DNA from: an uncultured Nitrosopumilaceae archaeon
GTDB lineage: Archaea; Thermoproteota; Nitrososphaeria; Nitrososphaerales; Nitrosopumilaceae
Reading direction: 5' to 3'
Length of the DNA stretch: 32,000 bases
Assembly: GCA_964475825.1 (NCBI GenBank)
Contig: CAYYXT010000002.1
Location: 142,790 to 174,789, forward strand
The notes beneath the pieces are model-generated. The model was not told the origin of the DNA. It made no database searches and saw only the letters and a list, made by a program, of their open reading frames with translations. The position numbers and the translations under genes are program-made. Positions 16,181 to 24,491 of the stretch are shown here, piece by piece. Position 1 is the first letter of the stretch. Every line of letters starts with the position of its first letter.

Positions 16181-16229
16181 AATTTTATTCATTTTGAATA
16201 TATTGGAGAATTCTGAATCAAATACATAC
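16181..16229 (+). repeat. Degenerate copy of the 5' end (leader plus first ~11 codons) of the DsbA-like gene at 17975
   Basis: AATTTTATTCATTTTGAATATATTGGAGAATTCTGAATCAAATACATAC aligns with 17962..18009 at 43 of 49 columns (5 mismatches, 1 indel). The ATG is changed to TTG and the frame is disrupted. Confidence 0.6.
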
Positions 16230-16231
16230 CT

Positions 16232-17917
16232 ATGCAACTAACTATCATTGCCCTCATTAAAGATAGGAAATGGTATCTTAGTTTAGTTGCATTTATCTCT
16301 GGTGCCATAGTGATGGCATTAGAATTTGTTACGAGTAGAATTCTTACTCCTGTTTTTGGAAGTTCAATATACACATGGGGGAGTCTGATTGGAATTGTAC
16401 TAACTGGATTAAGTCTGGGTTATTACTTGGGAGGAAAAATCGCTGACAAGAATCCCACATTTCAAAAAATATGCTCTATTATTTTTTCAGCCGGATTATA
16501 CATTGTTTTTATTCCATTTATTGCGCCTGGCGTAATTGGATTAACAATTTCTATTCTGCCCCAAAGCCAATATTCCTCTCTGTTTGCAACATTTGTTCTT
16601 TTACTTTTTCCAGCTATTCTTCTAGGCACTGTATCTCCATATGTGATAAAACTGGGAGCAAGTACACTAAAAAAAGTAGGAAATACTTCTGGGAATTTTT
16701 ATTCCCTTTCTACAATAGGTAGTATTTTTGGAACATTTCTTACCATTTTTGTTCTCATCCCTACATTTGAGATAAGACAAGTAATCATTGGACTTGGCAT
16801 TGTATTGATGATTACATCATTAATTGGATTAAAGATTGCACCAAAGATCATAGTTATTGCAGTGATTATCATCTTGTTTACTCCATCCTCTTCACTAGTA
16901 ACAGGTCTAATGTCTCATACTGGAACTACGATATATGAAACAGAAACTCAATACAGTCATCTTGATGTCACTGACTCTAATAATAAAAGAACATTATACC
17001 TAAATGGAATGCGACATAGTCAGATGAGCCTTGATGATCCAAATGAATTACTAATACCATACACAAAGTTTTTCCATCTGGGAACACTGTTTACCCCTCA
17101 GCTTGAAAATGTCTTATTTGTTGGAGGCGGAGGTTTTTCAGGTCCCAAAAATTTCCTTGCAACATATCCTGATATTCAAATCGATGTAGTTGAGATAGAT
17201 CCAGAAGTGATAGATGTTGCAAGAAAATATTTTAAATTAAACGATAATCCAAGATTGCAAATATTCAATGATGATGCTAGACTCTTTCTGTCACAAACAG
17301 ATAAAAAATATGATTTAATAATTCTGGATGCCTATGCAACAGACTATGTTCCGTTTCATTTGTTAACTGATGAATACTTTCAGATATTAGATGAACATTT
17401 GAAACCAAACGGTGTTATTATTTCCAACTTGATAGGAACATTGGCAGGAGACACATCTGATCTACCAAGAGCAGTGTATAAAACAATGGACAAATCATTT
17501 CCAGCATTATATATGTTCACAACATATGGCAACAATATTGGCATGATACAAAATATTATGATTGTTGCAACAAAAAACAGTGAACAGTTAGATGAAAAAG
17601 ATCTCTTACGACTAACAATAGAAAATCCTACTGAAGAACTAAGTGATACCAACTTTTTAGAAAATTATCAAAATTATGAGATAAAAACTGATGATATGCC
17701 AGTTCTTACAGATGCGTTTTCACCCGTTGAAACACTGATAAATCCTGTAACTAGTCAACCATACTTTAATGAAAATTCTGTATTTTCAAAAAACGATTCC
17801 AATATTTGGTTTAGTGAGAGCACTACGATAACAATCGGTTTGTTGTTATCCGTAGTGATGGTTTGGGCATATGATGCTAGAAAGATATGGAAAAATAAAT
17901 CAGATGATCATACGTAA
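16232..17917 (+). CDS. Fused polytopic membrane / spermidine-synthase-like (aminopropyl- or methyltransferase fold) protein
   Basis: 561 aa. The N-terminal half has about 7-8 TM helices. The C-terminal half carries Rossmann motifs VLFVGGGGFSGP, VVEIDPEVIDVARKYF and DLIILDAY, as in spermidine synthase family proteins. One more TM helix sits at the extreme C-terminus. Confidence 0.85.
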   Translation: MQLTIIALIKDRKWYLSLVAFISGAIVMALEFVTSRILTPVFGSSIYTWGSLIGIVLTGLSLGYYLGGKIADKNPTFQKICSIIFSAGLYIVFIPFIAPGVIGLTISILPQSQYSSLFATFVLLLFPAILLGTVSPYVIKLGASTLKKVGNTSGNFYSLSTIGSIFGTFLTIFVLIPTFEIRQVIIGLGIVLMITSLIGLKIAPKIIVIAVIIILFTPSSSLVTGLMSHTGTTIYETETQYSHLDVTDSNNKRTLYLNGMRHSQMSLDDPNELLIPYTKFFHLGTLFTPQLENVLFVGGGGFSGPKNFLATYPDIQIDVVEIDPEVIDVARKYFKLNDNPRLQIFNDDARLFLSQTDKKYDLIILDAYATDYVPFHLLTDEYFQILDEHLKPNGVIISNLIGTLAGDTSDLPRAVYKTMDKSFPALYMFTTYGNNIGMIQNIMIVATKNSEQLDEKDLLRLTIENPTEELSDTNFLENYQNYEIKTDDMPVLTDAFSPVETLINPVTSQPYFNENSVFSKNDSNIWFSESTTITIGLLLSVVMVWAYDARKIWKNKSDDHT

Positions 17918-17961
17918 TAATTTGTTTTACATTTGTAAAGTCCTATAATTAAATAACATCT

Positions 17962-18009
17962 AATTTTACTCACTATGAAGATATTGGAAAATTCTGAATC
18001 AAATCATAC
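17962..18009 (+). repeat. Master copy of the repeat at 16181..16229 (leader plus start of the DsbA-like gene)
   Basis: AATTTTACTCACTATGAAGATATTGGAAAATTCTGAATCAAATCATAC. It contains the functional ATG at 17975. Confidence 0.6.
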
Positions 18010-18778
18010 TGAAACAAACAAATCTGAAAATATTGTTGTAAAAAAATCCACTTTTAACAAGTTGATCATGGGAATAGTATCTGTATCAATTGTTTCTGCA
18101 TTTTTAGGCGGCTATTTTGTCGGAATAAACAGCGTAGAGCCAGAACAAATTTTTATTCGTAATGCAGAAGATGTTTTAGGTACAACTGAAAATAAACAAG
18201 CAACTAAACCTCAAACTGTTTTGGTTTCATTGGATGATGATCCTGTTTTAGGTAATCCTGATGCGCCAATAACTATAGTGGAATTTTCCGACTTTCAGTG
18301 TCCATTTTGTGCCAAATTCCATACTCAAACATTGCCCCTGATAAAAGAAAATTACATAAAATCAGGCCAAGTAAATTTTGTTTACAGAGATTTTCCAATC
18401 CAAAGTACACATCCTAATGCAATGCCAGCTGCTCTTGCATCAGAATGTGCAGATGATCAAGAAAAATTTTGGGAATACCATGATATGATATTTGAAAACC
18501 AAAACATATGGAAAAATCTCAATACCCCTGATGCCATTAATACATTCCAAGAATATGCAAAAGAATTGGATCTTGATTCTACAGAGTTTGATTCGTGTTT
18601 GAGCTCAGCAAAATATCTACAAGAAGTTAACAAAGATCTTCAGGAGGGACAAAGTTATGGTGTGACAGGCACTCCGGGGTTCTTTGTAGGTAATGAAAAA
18701 ATTGGTTTTACAAAGATAATTGGTGCACAACCTTTCCCTGTATTTCAAAAAATACTAGATGAACAATTAAGCCGTTAA
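17975..18778 (+). CDS. Membrane-anchored DsbA-like thiol:disulfide oxidoreductase (paralog 2)
   Basis: 267 aa with a cytoplasmic N-tail, one TM helix, and a thioredoxin fold carrying FSDFQCPFCAKF (CxxC). It is colinear with 2417..3061 (GNPDAPITIVEF / GNPSASITILEW, TGTPGFFVGNEKI / YATPSFLVFNNEKI). Confidence 0.85.
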   Translation: MKILENSESNHTETNKSENIVVKKSTFNKLIMGIVSVSIVSAFLGGYFVGINSVEPEQIFIRNAEDVLGTTENKQATKPQTVLVSLDDDPVLGNPDAPITIVEFSDFQCPFCAKFHTQTLPLIKENYIKSGQVNFVYRDFPIQSTHPNAMPAALASECADDQEKFWEYHDMIFENQNIWKNLNTPDAINTFQEYAKELDLDSTEFDSCLSSAKYLQEVNKDLQEGQSYGVTGTPGFFVGNEKIGFTKIIGAQPFPVFQKILDEQLSR

Positions 18779-18917
18779 GGTAACGAGATTAAAATAATAA
18801 ATCACATTAATTTGTTTTTCATAATAATCCCAATCAATATGGTTTGACTTACCATGCCAATTTTAGTTTCATGTTGCATATAATTCCATATACGAGTTTC
18901 AATATTGATTATCTGAA

Positions 18918-19034
18918 ATGAAAAACACCTGCCCACTCCACAAGAATGTGGAATTAATAACTACTGTACTTTCAAATGGAGATACTAGTGATTACTGCCC
19001 CAAATGTCTAGAATTATTTGGAGAAAAAATATGA
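18918..19034 (+). CDS. Candidate 38-aa zinc-ribbon-like microprotein
   Basis: Hand translation gives MKNTCPLHKNVELITTVLSNGDTSDYCPKCLELFGEKI, with C5xxH8 and C27xxC30. It sits in a 646-nt gap that is otherwise non-coding. Confidence 0.3.
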   Translation: MKNTCPLHKNVELITTVLSNGDTSDYCPKCLELFGEKI

Positions 19035-19392
19035 GTTGTCTACAGGAATTCATTTTACGAATAGATCTCATTTCAAGATCCATGCATTTCTTCCCTACCT
19101 GTACCTTATTCTAGAGCGAAATAGTGCAAAATCTCATACCCTAACTATATTCCCCGCGCCTTATGCAGTGGAATCAATTTGAACTTCTAGGCATAACAAA
19201 ATCAAAAATAAGTGAATTCTGAATAACAATTTTTTGTTGAATTTGAACCAAACCTGGATGGTCTATTCTTGTGTAATCATTAGCGTTATAACCAAGAAAT
19301 TCAATTTCTGAATTATGACAAAAATGATGCAATTTTATAATAATTTTCAGGCACAAAATGTACAACAGGTATGGAAAACTGATAGTAAACTG

Positions 19393-19419
19393 CGAGATGT
19401 TGACAGATTAACACCGTAG
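19393..19419 (+). pseudogene. Orphan relic of an aspS 3' end (last 8 codons plus stop) directly upstream of gatC
   Basis: CGAGATGTTGACAGATTAACACCGTAG encodes RDVDRLTP-stop, identical to the C-terminus of the intact AspRS (16129..16155, AGAGATGTTGACAGACTTACGCCCTAG). 22 of 27 nt are identical and all 5 differences are synonymous. Confidence 0.55.
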
Positions 19420-19424
19420 GTGAT

Positions 19425-19694
19425 TTGAAAATGGTATCTCGAGAAGAAATAGAACACGTTGCAAAATTAATGAAAATTGAAATTGATGATCCTACAATCT
19501 ATGAACGTGTTGATAAAATGATAGGATATTTTGATATTTTAGATTCAGCAGGTGTTGAATCTGAAGAAATATCTGTCAGGGAAATCCCAATCACTAACTT
19601 AAGAGAAGATAAGTATTTTCCATTTGATGAAAAACTGATTGAAAAACTCAATCACTATAAAGGAACCTATGTTAGAGCTCCAAAGATGGTTTAA
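19425..19694 (+). CDS. gatC: Asp/Glu-tRNA amidotransferase subunit C
   Basis: 89 aa. SREEIEHVAKLMKIEIDD... and the ...REDK... region are typical of GatC. The true start is probably ATG 19431 rather than TTG 19425. gatA follows directly. Confidence 0.85.
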   Translation: MKMVSREEIEHVAKLMKIEIDDPTIYERVDKMIGYFDILDSAGVESEEISVREIPITNLREDKYFPFDEKLIEKLNHYKGTYVRAPKMV

Positions 19695-21140
19695 TTGAAT
19701 ATAAAAATTTCTGCTCTACAATTTACTAGGGAAGTAAAATCCGGAAACATCTCTGCTGAAGATTTTATTGCAAAAACTATGGAACAAATACAAAATGTCG
19801 ATGATAATTTACATGCATTTTTATCATTAAATGATAAGGCAGTTGATCAAGCAAGAGAAATTGATAAAAAAATAAAATCAGGTGGAAAAATTGGACAATG
19901 CTTTGGCATGCCAATTTCCATTAAAGACAACATATGCATCAAAGATACTAAAACAACATGTGCCTCAAAGATGCTTGAAAATTTCATTGCACCATATGAT
20001 GCTACTGTAATTACAAAACTAAAACAACAAGATGCGATTTTTGTTGGAAAAGTAAATCTTGATGAATTTGCAATGGGTCACTCTACTGAATTTAGCGCAT
20101 ACGGTCCAAGTAAAAATCCGTGGAACACTGATTATGTTCCGGGAGGCTCTTCTGGAGGTAGTGCAGTATCTGTTAGTGCATTTGAATGCGTTACATCATT
20201 AGGTTCTGATACTGGCGGGTCTGTTAGAAATCCTGCAAGTTTTTGCTCAACTGTTGGATACAAACCGACTTATGGGTTGATTAGTAGATACGGCCTAATT
20301 TCTTATGCAAATAGTATCGAACAGATTGGACCTCTGACTAGAACCGTGGAAGATGCAGCATTTATGCTAAATCTCATTGCAGGGTTGGATCCTAATGATA
20401 ACACGACTGTAGATAACAATAATGAAGATTATCTCAAAGATATCAATTCAGGCATAGAAGGCAAAAAAATAGGCATAATCAAGGAGATGATTGGAGACGG
20501 AATTGATCCGTCAGTACTTTCTGCAACAAAAGATGCAATATCAAAATTAGAAGGATTGGGGGCAACATGCGAAGAAATTTCTCTTGACATGGTAAAATAT
20601 TCTGTTGCAGCATATTATATAATCACTGCAACTGAGGCTGGTAGCAATCTTGCAAGATATGATAATTTGAGATATGGCTATGATTTTTCTGTAGAAGGAT
20701 ACGAGTTTAATTCTTATATTGAGAAAGCAAGAAAAAAACTCGGTCCTGAAGTTACAAGACGAATGATTCTTGGAGGCTTTGTTCCATCTGCAGGACATGC
20801 AGGAAAATATTTTCTCAAAGCACTCAAAGTAAAAAGTAAACTCACTAGACAAATCAATGACGCATTTAAAAAATTTGATCTATTAATCTCACCAACAGTT
20901 CCAATTTTGCCATTTAAGATTGGTGAGAAAATAAATGATCCAGTTGCTTTATTTCTTATTGATATCAACACAATCACTGCTAATCTTACTGGAAAACCTG
21001 CAATATCAATTCCATATGCAATATCAAATGGCCTGCCAATTGGAATCCAACTTATTGCAAACTCGATGGATGATAAATTATTACTACAAGCAGCATATGC
21101 GTTAGAAAAAACTGTGAAATTACCTGAGGTTCCAATTTGA
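19695..21140 (+). CDS. gatA: Asp/Glu-tRNA amidotransferase subunit A (amidase signature family)
   Basis: 481 aa with amidase signature GGSSGGSAVSV and GSDTGGSVRNPA. The TTG start follows the gatC stop with no gap. Confidence 0.95.
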   Translation: MNIKISALQFTREVKSGNISAEDFIAKTMEQIQNVDDNLHAFLSLNDKAVDQAREIDKKIKSGGKIGQCFGMPISIKDNICIKDTKTTCASKMLENFIAPYDATVITKLKQQDAIFVGKVNLDEFAMGHSTEFSAYGPSKNPWNTDYVPGGSSGGSAVSVSAFECVTSLGSDTGGSVRNPASFCSTVGYKPTYGLISRYGLISYANSIEQIGPLTRTVEDAAFMLNLIAGLDPNDNTTVDNNNEDYLKDINSGIEGKKIGIIKEMIGDGIDPSVLSATKDAISKLEGLGATCEEISLDMVKYSVAAYYIITATEAGSNLARYDNLRYGYDFSVEGYEFNSYIEKARKKLGPEVTRRMILGGFVPSAGHAGKYFLKALKVKSKLTRQINDAFKKFDLLISPTVPILPFKIGEKINDPVALFLIDINTITANLTGKPAISIPYAISNGLPIGIQLIANSMDDKLLLQAAYALEKTVKLPEVPI

Positions 21141-22540
21141 CAAAAATTGGATTAGAAATTCACAGTCAACTTACAAAGTTAGAAAGTAAATTATTTTGCT
21201 CATGTAAGGCAAATTATAGGGAGTTTGAACCAAATACCAATATCTGTCCTATTTGTATGGGATTGCCAGGTAGTCTTCCTAGGTTAAATCAAAAAGCTGT
21301 TGAAAAAGCAACAATGATTGCCATGGCACTAAATTGCAGTACTCCTGAAAAAATTGCATTTTTTAGAAAAAATTATTTTTATCCGGATTTACCAAAAAAT
21401 TTCCAAATCACCCAACTAAACATCTATGGGGATACTAGTGTTGGAGGCACTGGAATTCTCATGGTTGGAGAAAAGAAGATACACATCACTAGAATCCAAC
21501 TAGAAGAAGATCCAGGCAGGCTAATTTATGAGGGCAGTTCTGAAAAAAACCAAATAACCTTGGTGGATTATAATCGTGCAGGCACACCTTTAGTGGAGAT
21601 TGTAACTGAGCCTGACTTTGAAAACCCAAAAGAAGTAAGGGAATTCCTAAATATTTTATCCGATTTGTTGGAAAATCTTGGTGTGTCCGATCCTAGCTTA
21701 GAGGGAGCAATGAGGGCAGATGCTAACGTATCCATTGAAGGTGGAAACAAAGTTGAAATAAAAAATATTGGCTCATTTCATGATTTAGAAAAAGCAGTTC
21801 ATTTTGAAATTACACGTCAACAAAGCTTACATTCACGAGATATTCCAATCATTCAAGAAACGCGTCATTGGGATGATAAAAGAAAAATTACTATTTCTTC
21901 AAGATCAAAAGAAGAAGACTTGGATTACAGATATTTTCTAGAAGGTGATATCCCATGGGTTAGAATAGGAAATGAAGTTAAAGAAAAATTAAAATCAGAA
22001 ATGCCTGAGAGTATTAGTTCTAAAAAACAACGCTATGTTTCAAAATATAATATTCCTGTACAAGTTGCAGATGTACTTTCATCTGATAAATTTTATTCTA
22101 ATTTATTTGAAGACGCACATACAAAAGAAAATGCCAAAGAAGTTGCAAATATTATAACAACTGATTTAATGGGATTGGTAGATACTAGAGAAAAAAGAGA
22201 ATCTTCAAAATTAAAGCCATCTCATCTAAAAGAGATAGCTGATTCAATACAATCGGGCAAGATTACAAGAAATTCTGCCAAAAACGCATTATATGAAATC
22301 GTAAAAACAGGTAAGGCGTTATCTGACATAATATCTGAACTTGATCTAGGTAACGTCTCAGATGAATCTAAATTATCAAAAATTATTGAATCAGTAATTT
22401 CTGAAGAGCCTCAAGCTGTAGAACAAGCAAAATCCAATCCTCAAACTATTCACTATCTTGTAGGAAAAGTAATGCAAAAGACAAAAGGCAAAGCAGATCC
22501 CAAACTGACTCTGGATTTATTAAAAAAAATGATTCAATAA
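21137..22540 (+). CDS. gatB: Asp/Glu-tRNA amidotransferase subunit B
   Basis: 467 aa with the N-terminus KIGLEIHSQL...KLFCSC and a C-terminal YqeY-like tail (HYLVGKVMQKTKGKADP). The TTG start overlaps the gatA stop (TTGA). Confidence 0.95.
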   Translation: MTKIGLEIHSQLTKLESKLFCSCKANYREFEPNTNICPICMGLPGSLPRLNQKAVEKATMIAMALNCSTPEKIAFFRKNYFYPDLPKNFQITQLNIYGDTSVGGTGILMVGEKKIHITRIQLEEDPGRLIYEGSSEKNQITLVDYNRAGTPLVEIVTEPDFENPKEVREFLNILSDLLENLGVSDPSLEGAMRADANVSIEGGNKVEIKNIGSFHDLEKAVHFEITRQQSLHSRDIPIIQETRHWDDKRKITISSRSKEEDLDYRYFLEGDIPWVRIGNEVKEKLKSEMPESISSKKQRYVSKYNIPVQVADVLSSDKFYSNLFEDAHTKENAKEVANIITTDLMGLVDTREKRESSKLKPSHLKEIADSIQSGKITRNSAKNALYEIVKTGKALSDIISELDLGNVSDESKLSKIIESVISEEPQAVEQAKSNPQTIHYLVGKVMQKTKGKADPKLTLDLLKKMIQ

Positions 22541-22543
22541 CTT

Positions 22544-22807
22544 ATGACTGATCTTTCTTTAGAAGATATTGAATTTATCAAAATACTGGCAAATTCTGAT
22601 TCTACTATATTACAGGCAGGCATGAACGATGTAACAAGATATAGACTTGATGCCCAAATAGGCGTGATTTTACGAGAATATTACAAAGAAAATACTATGA
22701 ACATAAAAGTAGGATGGATAGAAAAATTTGAAAAAGTTGGTATTACTGAAGATGACGGTAAAGCTGCAATTGCATGTGCCCGAAGACTGGGAATCTATAT
22801 TTCATGA
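22544..22807 (+). CDS. Hypothetical 87-aa ORF, possibly only the still-open part of a decayed acyl-CoA synthetase C-terminal domain
   Basis: It starts 4 nt after gatB. GMNDVTRYRLDAQIG weakly resembles the [20 protein letters not shown] hinge region of AMP-forming synthetases, and MNIKVG resembles NIKGQ of E. coli Acs. Both resemblances are weak. Confidence 0.3.
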   Translation: MTDLSLEDIEFIKILANSDSTILQAGMNDVTRYRLDAQIGVILREYYKENTMNIKVGWIEKFEKVGITEDDGKAAIACARRLGIYIS

Positions 22808-22932
22808 TCTTCCAAAGACCAGAACTGGAAAAATCATGCATCGCCTATTAAAAGCAAAATTGTTGGGACTATCACTCGAGATTTATTCTCTCTTGAGATC
22901 CTCTTGCATTAAATGAAATTTCAAAATTATGA
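22750..22932 (+). pseudogene. Relic of the C-terminus of an AMP-forming acyl/acetyl-CoA synthetase, with several frameshifts
   Basis: Frame of track ORF 22728..22916 reads PEDWESIFHDLPKTRTGKIMHRLLKAKLLGLSL. LPKTR(S/T)GKIM(R/H)R is the conserved C-terminal motif of the ANL superfamily. Neighbouring frames continue as GKAAIAC upstream and (G)DLFSLE / DPLALNEISKL-stop downstream. At least 3 frame changes are needed to read through. Confidence 0.6.
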
Positions 22933-22967
22933 TGAATCTCTTTTGTTGATTTACTGATTATCTGAGA

Positions 22968-24056
22968 TTATTTTTTATTATTTACTTTGATTGGTTGTTT
23001 TGGAATCTCAAAGTAAAATGTCGTTCCAATATTTTCTTTGCTTTCTACCCATATCTTGCCCCCCAGACCTTCTATGATTCCTTTACAAATTGCCAAACCT
23101 AAGCCACTACCATTTCTTTTTCTACTTGTAGATGTATCAATCTGATAAAATTTCTTAAAAATTTCTTTTTGATTAGTTTCTGAAATTCCCACACCATTAT
23201 CTTTTACAAAAAATTTTACAAATTCTTTGTCGTTTTTTGCCCCAATTGTTATTTGCCCTTTTTCTGATTCCACAAAATCTATAGCATTTTTAATTAAATT
23301 AGAAAAAACTTGATTGATTCTGTCTTTATCGCTAAAGATGGCTCCGTTTTCTGTATTGTCTTTTACTAGTTGAATGTTTTTCTGACTGGTAATTGGACTG
23401 AAATCTTTTATTATCAAATTTAACAATTCCATGATGTTTATGTTTTCTTGATTGAATTCTAGTTTTCCTAAATCTAACTTTTGCGTTGTTAAGATATCTC
23501 CTACTAGTCTTTGCAATTTCAATGCAGATGAATAAATTTCATCTACTGCATCTAGTTGTCGTTTATTTAATTCTCCCATCAATTCTTGTTTTTGTAACAT
23601 TTGCACATATCCTAAGATTGGCACTAGTGGAGTTTTCAATTCATGTGATACCATTGATGAAAACTCTACTTTTTTTCTATCAATCTCTTTTAATTTCTCA
23701 ACATATTCTTTTTGCACAGCTATTGTTTTTTCAACTTTTTGACCCATGCTTTCAAAATTTTCGTTTAGTTCATGAATTTCTTTTATGTTTGTATTGATTG
23801 GTTTTTTGTTTGTAATCTTGTTTGTTTTGGAAAATTCTGTCATATTTTGAGCAAGCTTTTCAATTGGTTTTGTGATGCTTTTGGAGATGTATACAGTACT
23901 CAATAATGTTCCAGCTGCAACGGCAGTTGCAAAAATTAGCAGAATCATTCCTGTAAATGGCTCTATTGCAGTAAGATAGTTTACCAATCCCATGTAAAAT
24001 ATAATGAAACTAGATACTCCTGAGACTAAAAATAAAATATGTTTAATTGGAATCAT
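22968..24056 (-). CDS. Membrane-bound sensor histidine kinase (HisKA plus HATPase_c)
   Basis: 362 aa with two N-terminal TM helices joined by a minimal external loop. Kinase boxes are H (FSSMVSHELKTPL), N (LIKNAIDF), G1 (DNGVGI) and G2 (GSGLGLAICKGI). Confidence 0.9.
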   Translation of the reverse strand: MIPIKHILFLVSGVSSFIIFYMGLVNYLTAIEPFTGMILLIFATAVAAGTLLSTVYISKSITKPIEKLAQNMTEFSKTNKITNKKPINTNIKEIHELNENFESMGQKVEKTIAVQKEYVEKLKEIDRKKVEFSSMVSHELKTPLVPILGYVQMLQKQELMGELNKRQLDAVDEIYSSALKLQRLVGDILTTQKLDLGKLEFNQENINIMELLNLIIKDFSPITSQKNIQLVKDNTENGAIFSDKDRINQVFSNLIKNAIDFVESEKGQITIGAKNDKEFVKFFVKDNGVGISETNQKEIFKKFYQIDTSTSRKRNGSGLGLAICKGIIEGLGGKIWVESKENIGTTFYFEIPKQPIKVNNKK

Positions 24057-24077
24057 TTTAGGTTATACCTCCAACAT

Positions 24078-24491
24078 TTAGGAGGTTGCTGATTCAATAA
24101 TTTTTGATAGTAGTAGATCAATATCGATTGGTTTTAGGATATATGAAGTGACACCCCGACTAACTAATCGATCCAATTCGTCTTGAGTGATAGTGGATGC
24201 CGTAAACACGATTATTTTGTTGTTTTTTAACAAGTCTTTACTTTCCAATGCCTTGATGACAGAATACCCATCAAATTCAGGCATGGCCAAATCTAATAAA
24301 ACTACGTCGTGTTTGTTTTCATGAATTAATGCCAGTCCTTGTTTGCCATCATTTGCAACAGTGCATTTGTGATTTTTTAATTCTAAAAATGCTGTAAGCA
24401 TTTTTGTAATCTGTTCATTATCATCAATTATTAAAATATCCAAATGATTTGAATCTATCCTGCTATCTTTTATAGTTGAATTTTTACTCAT
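24078..24491 (-). CDS. Stand-alone CheY-like receiver protein (response regulator without an output domain)
   Basis: 137 aa with ILIIDDNE, VVLLDLAMPEFDG (phospho-acceptor Asp) and SYILKPID (conserved Lys). No additional domain is present. Confidence 0.9.
   Translation of the reverse strand: MSKNSTIKDSRIDSNHLDILIIDDNEQITKMLTAFLELKNHKCTVANDGKQGLALIHENKHDVVLLDLAMPEFDGYSVIKALESKDLLKNNKIIVFTASTITQDELDRLVSRGVTSYILKPIDIDLLLSKIIESATS

Noticed and set aside
19304-19358. Possible further aspS-derived remnants upstream of the 27-nt relic (ATTTCTGAAT and CAGGCACA(A/G)AAA shared with aspS at 15884 and 16091)
   Set aside because: These are only 10-12-nt matches with inconsistent spacing relative to the intact gene. 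Matches of this length are expected by chance in AT-rich sequence, so a frameshift-aware alignment is needed before claiming them.
19174-19365. 63-aa minus-strand ORF in the dsbA-gatC gap
   Set aside because: No motif, no promoter-like box at the right distance, and a hydrophobic, low-complexity start. It lies in a region that looks like decayed DNA. It was not called as a gene.
22929-22965. AUGAUGA followed by two CUGA boxes between the acs relic and the kinase stop
   Set aside because: The total span is only 37 nt with an 18-nt spacer. That is too short and irregular for an archaeal C/D-box sRNA, and it overlaps the end of the pseudogene relic.
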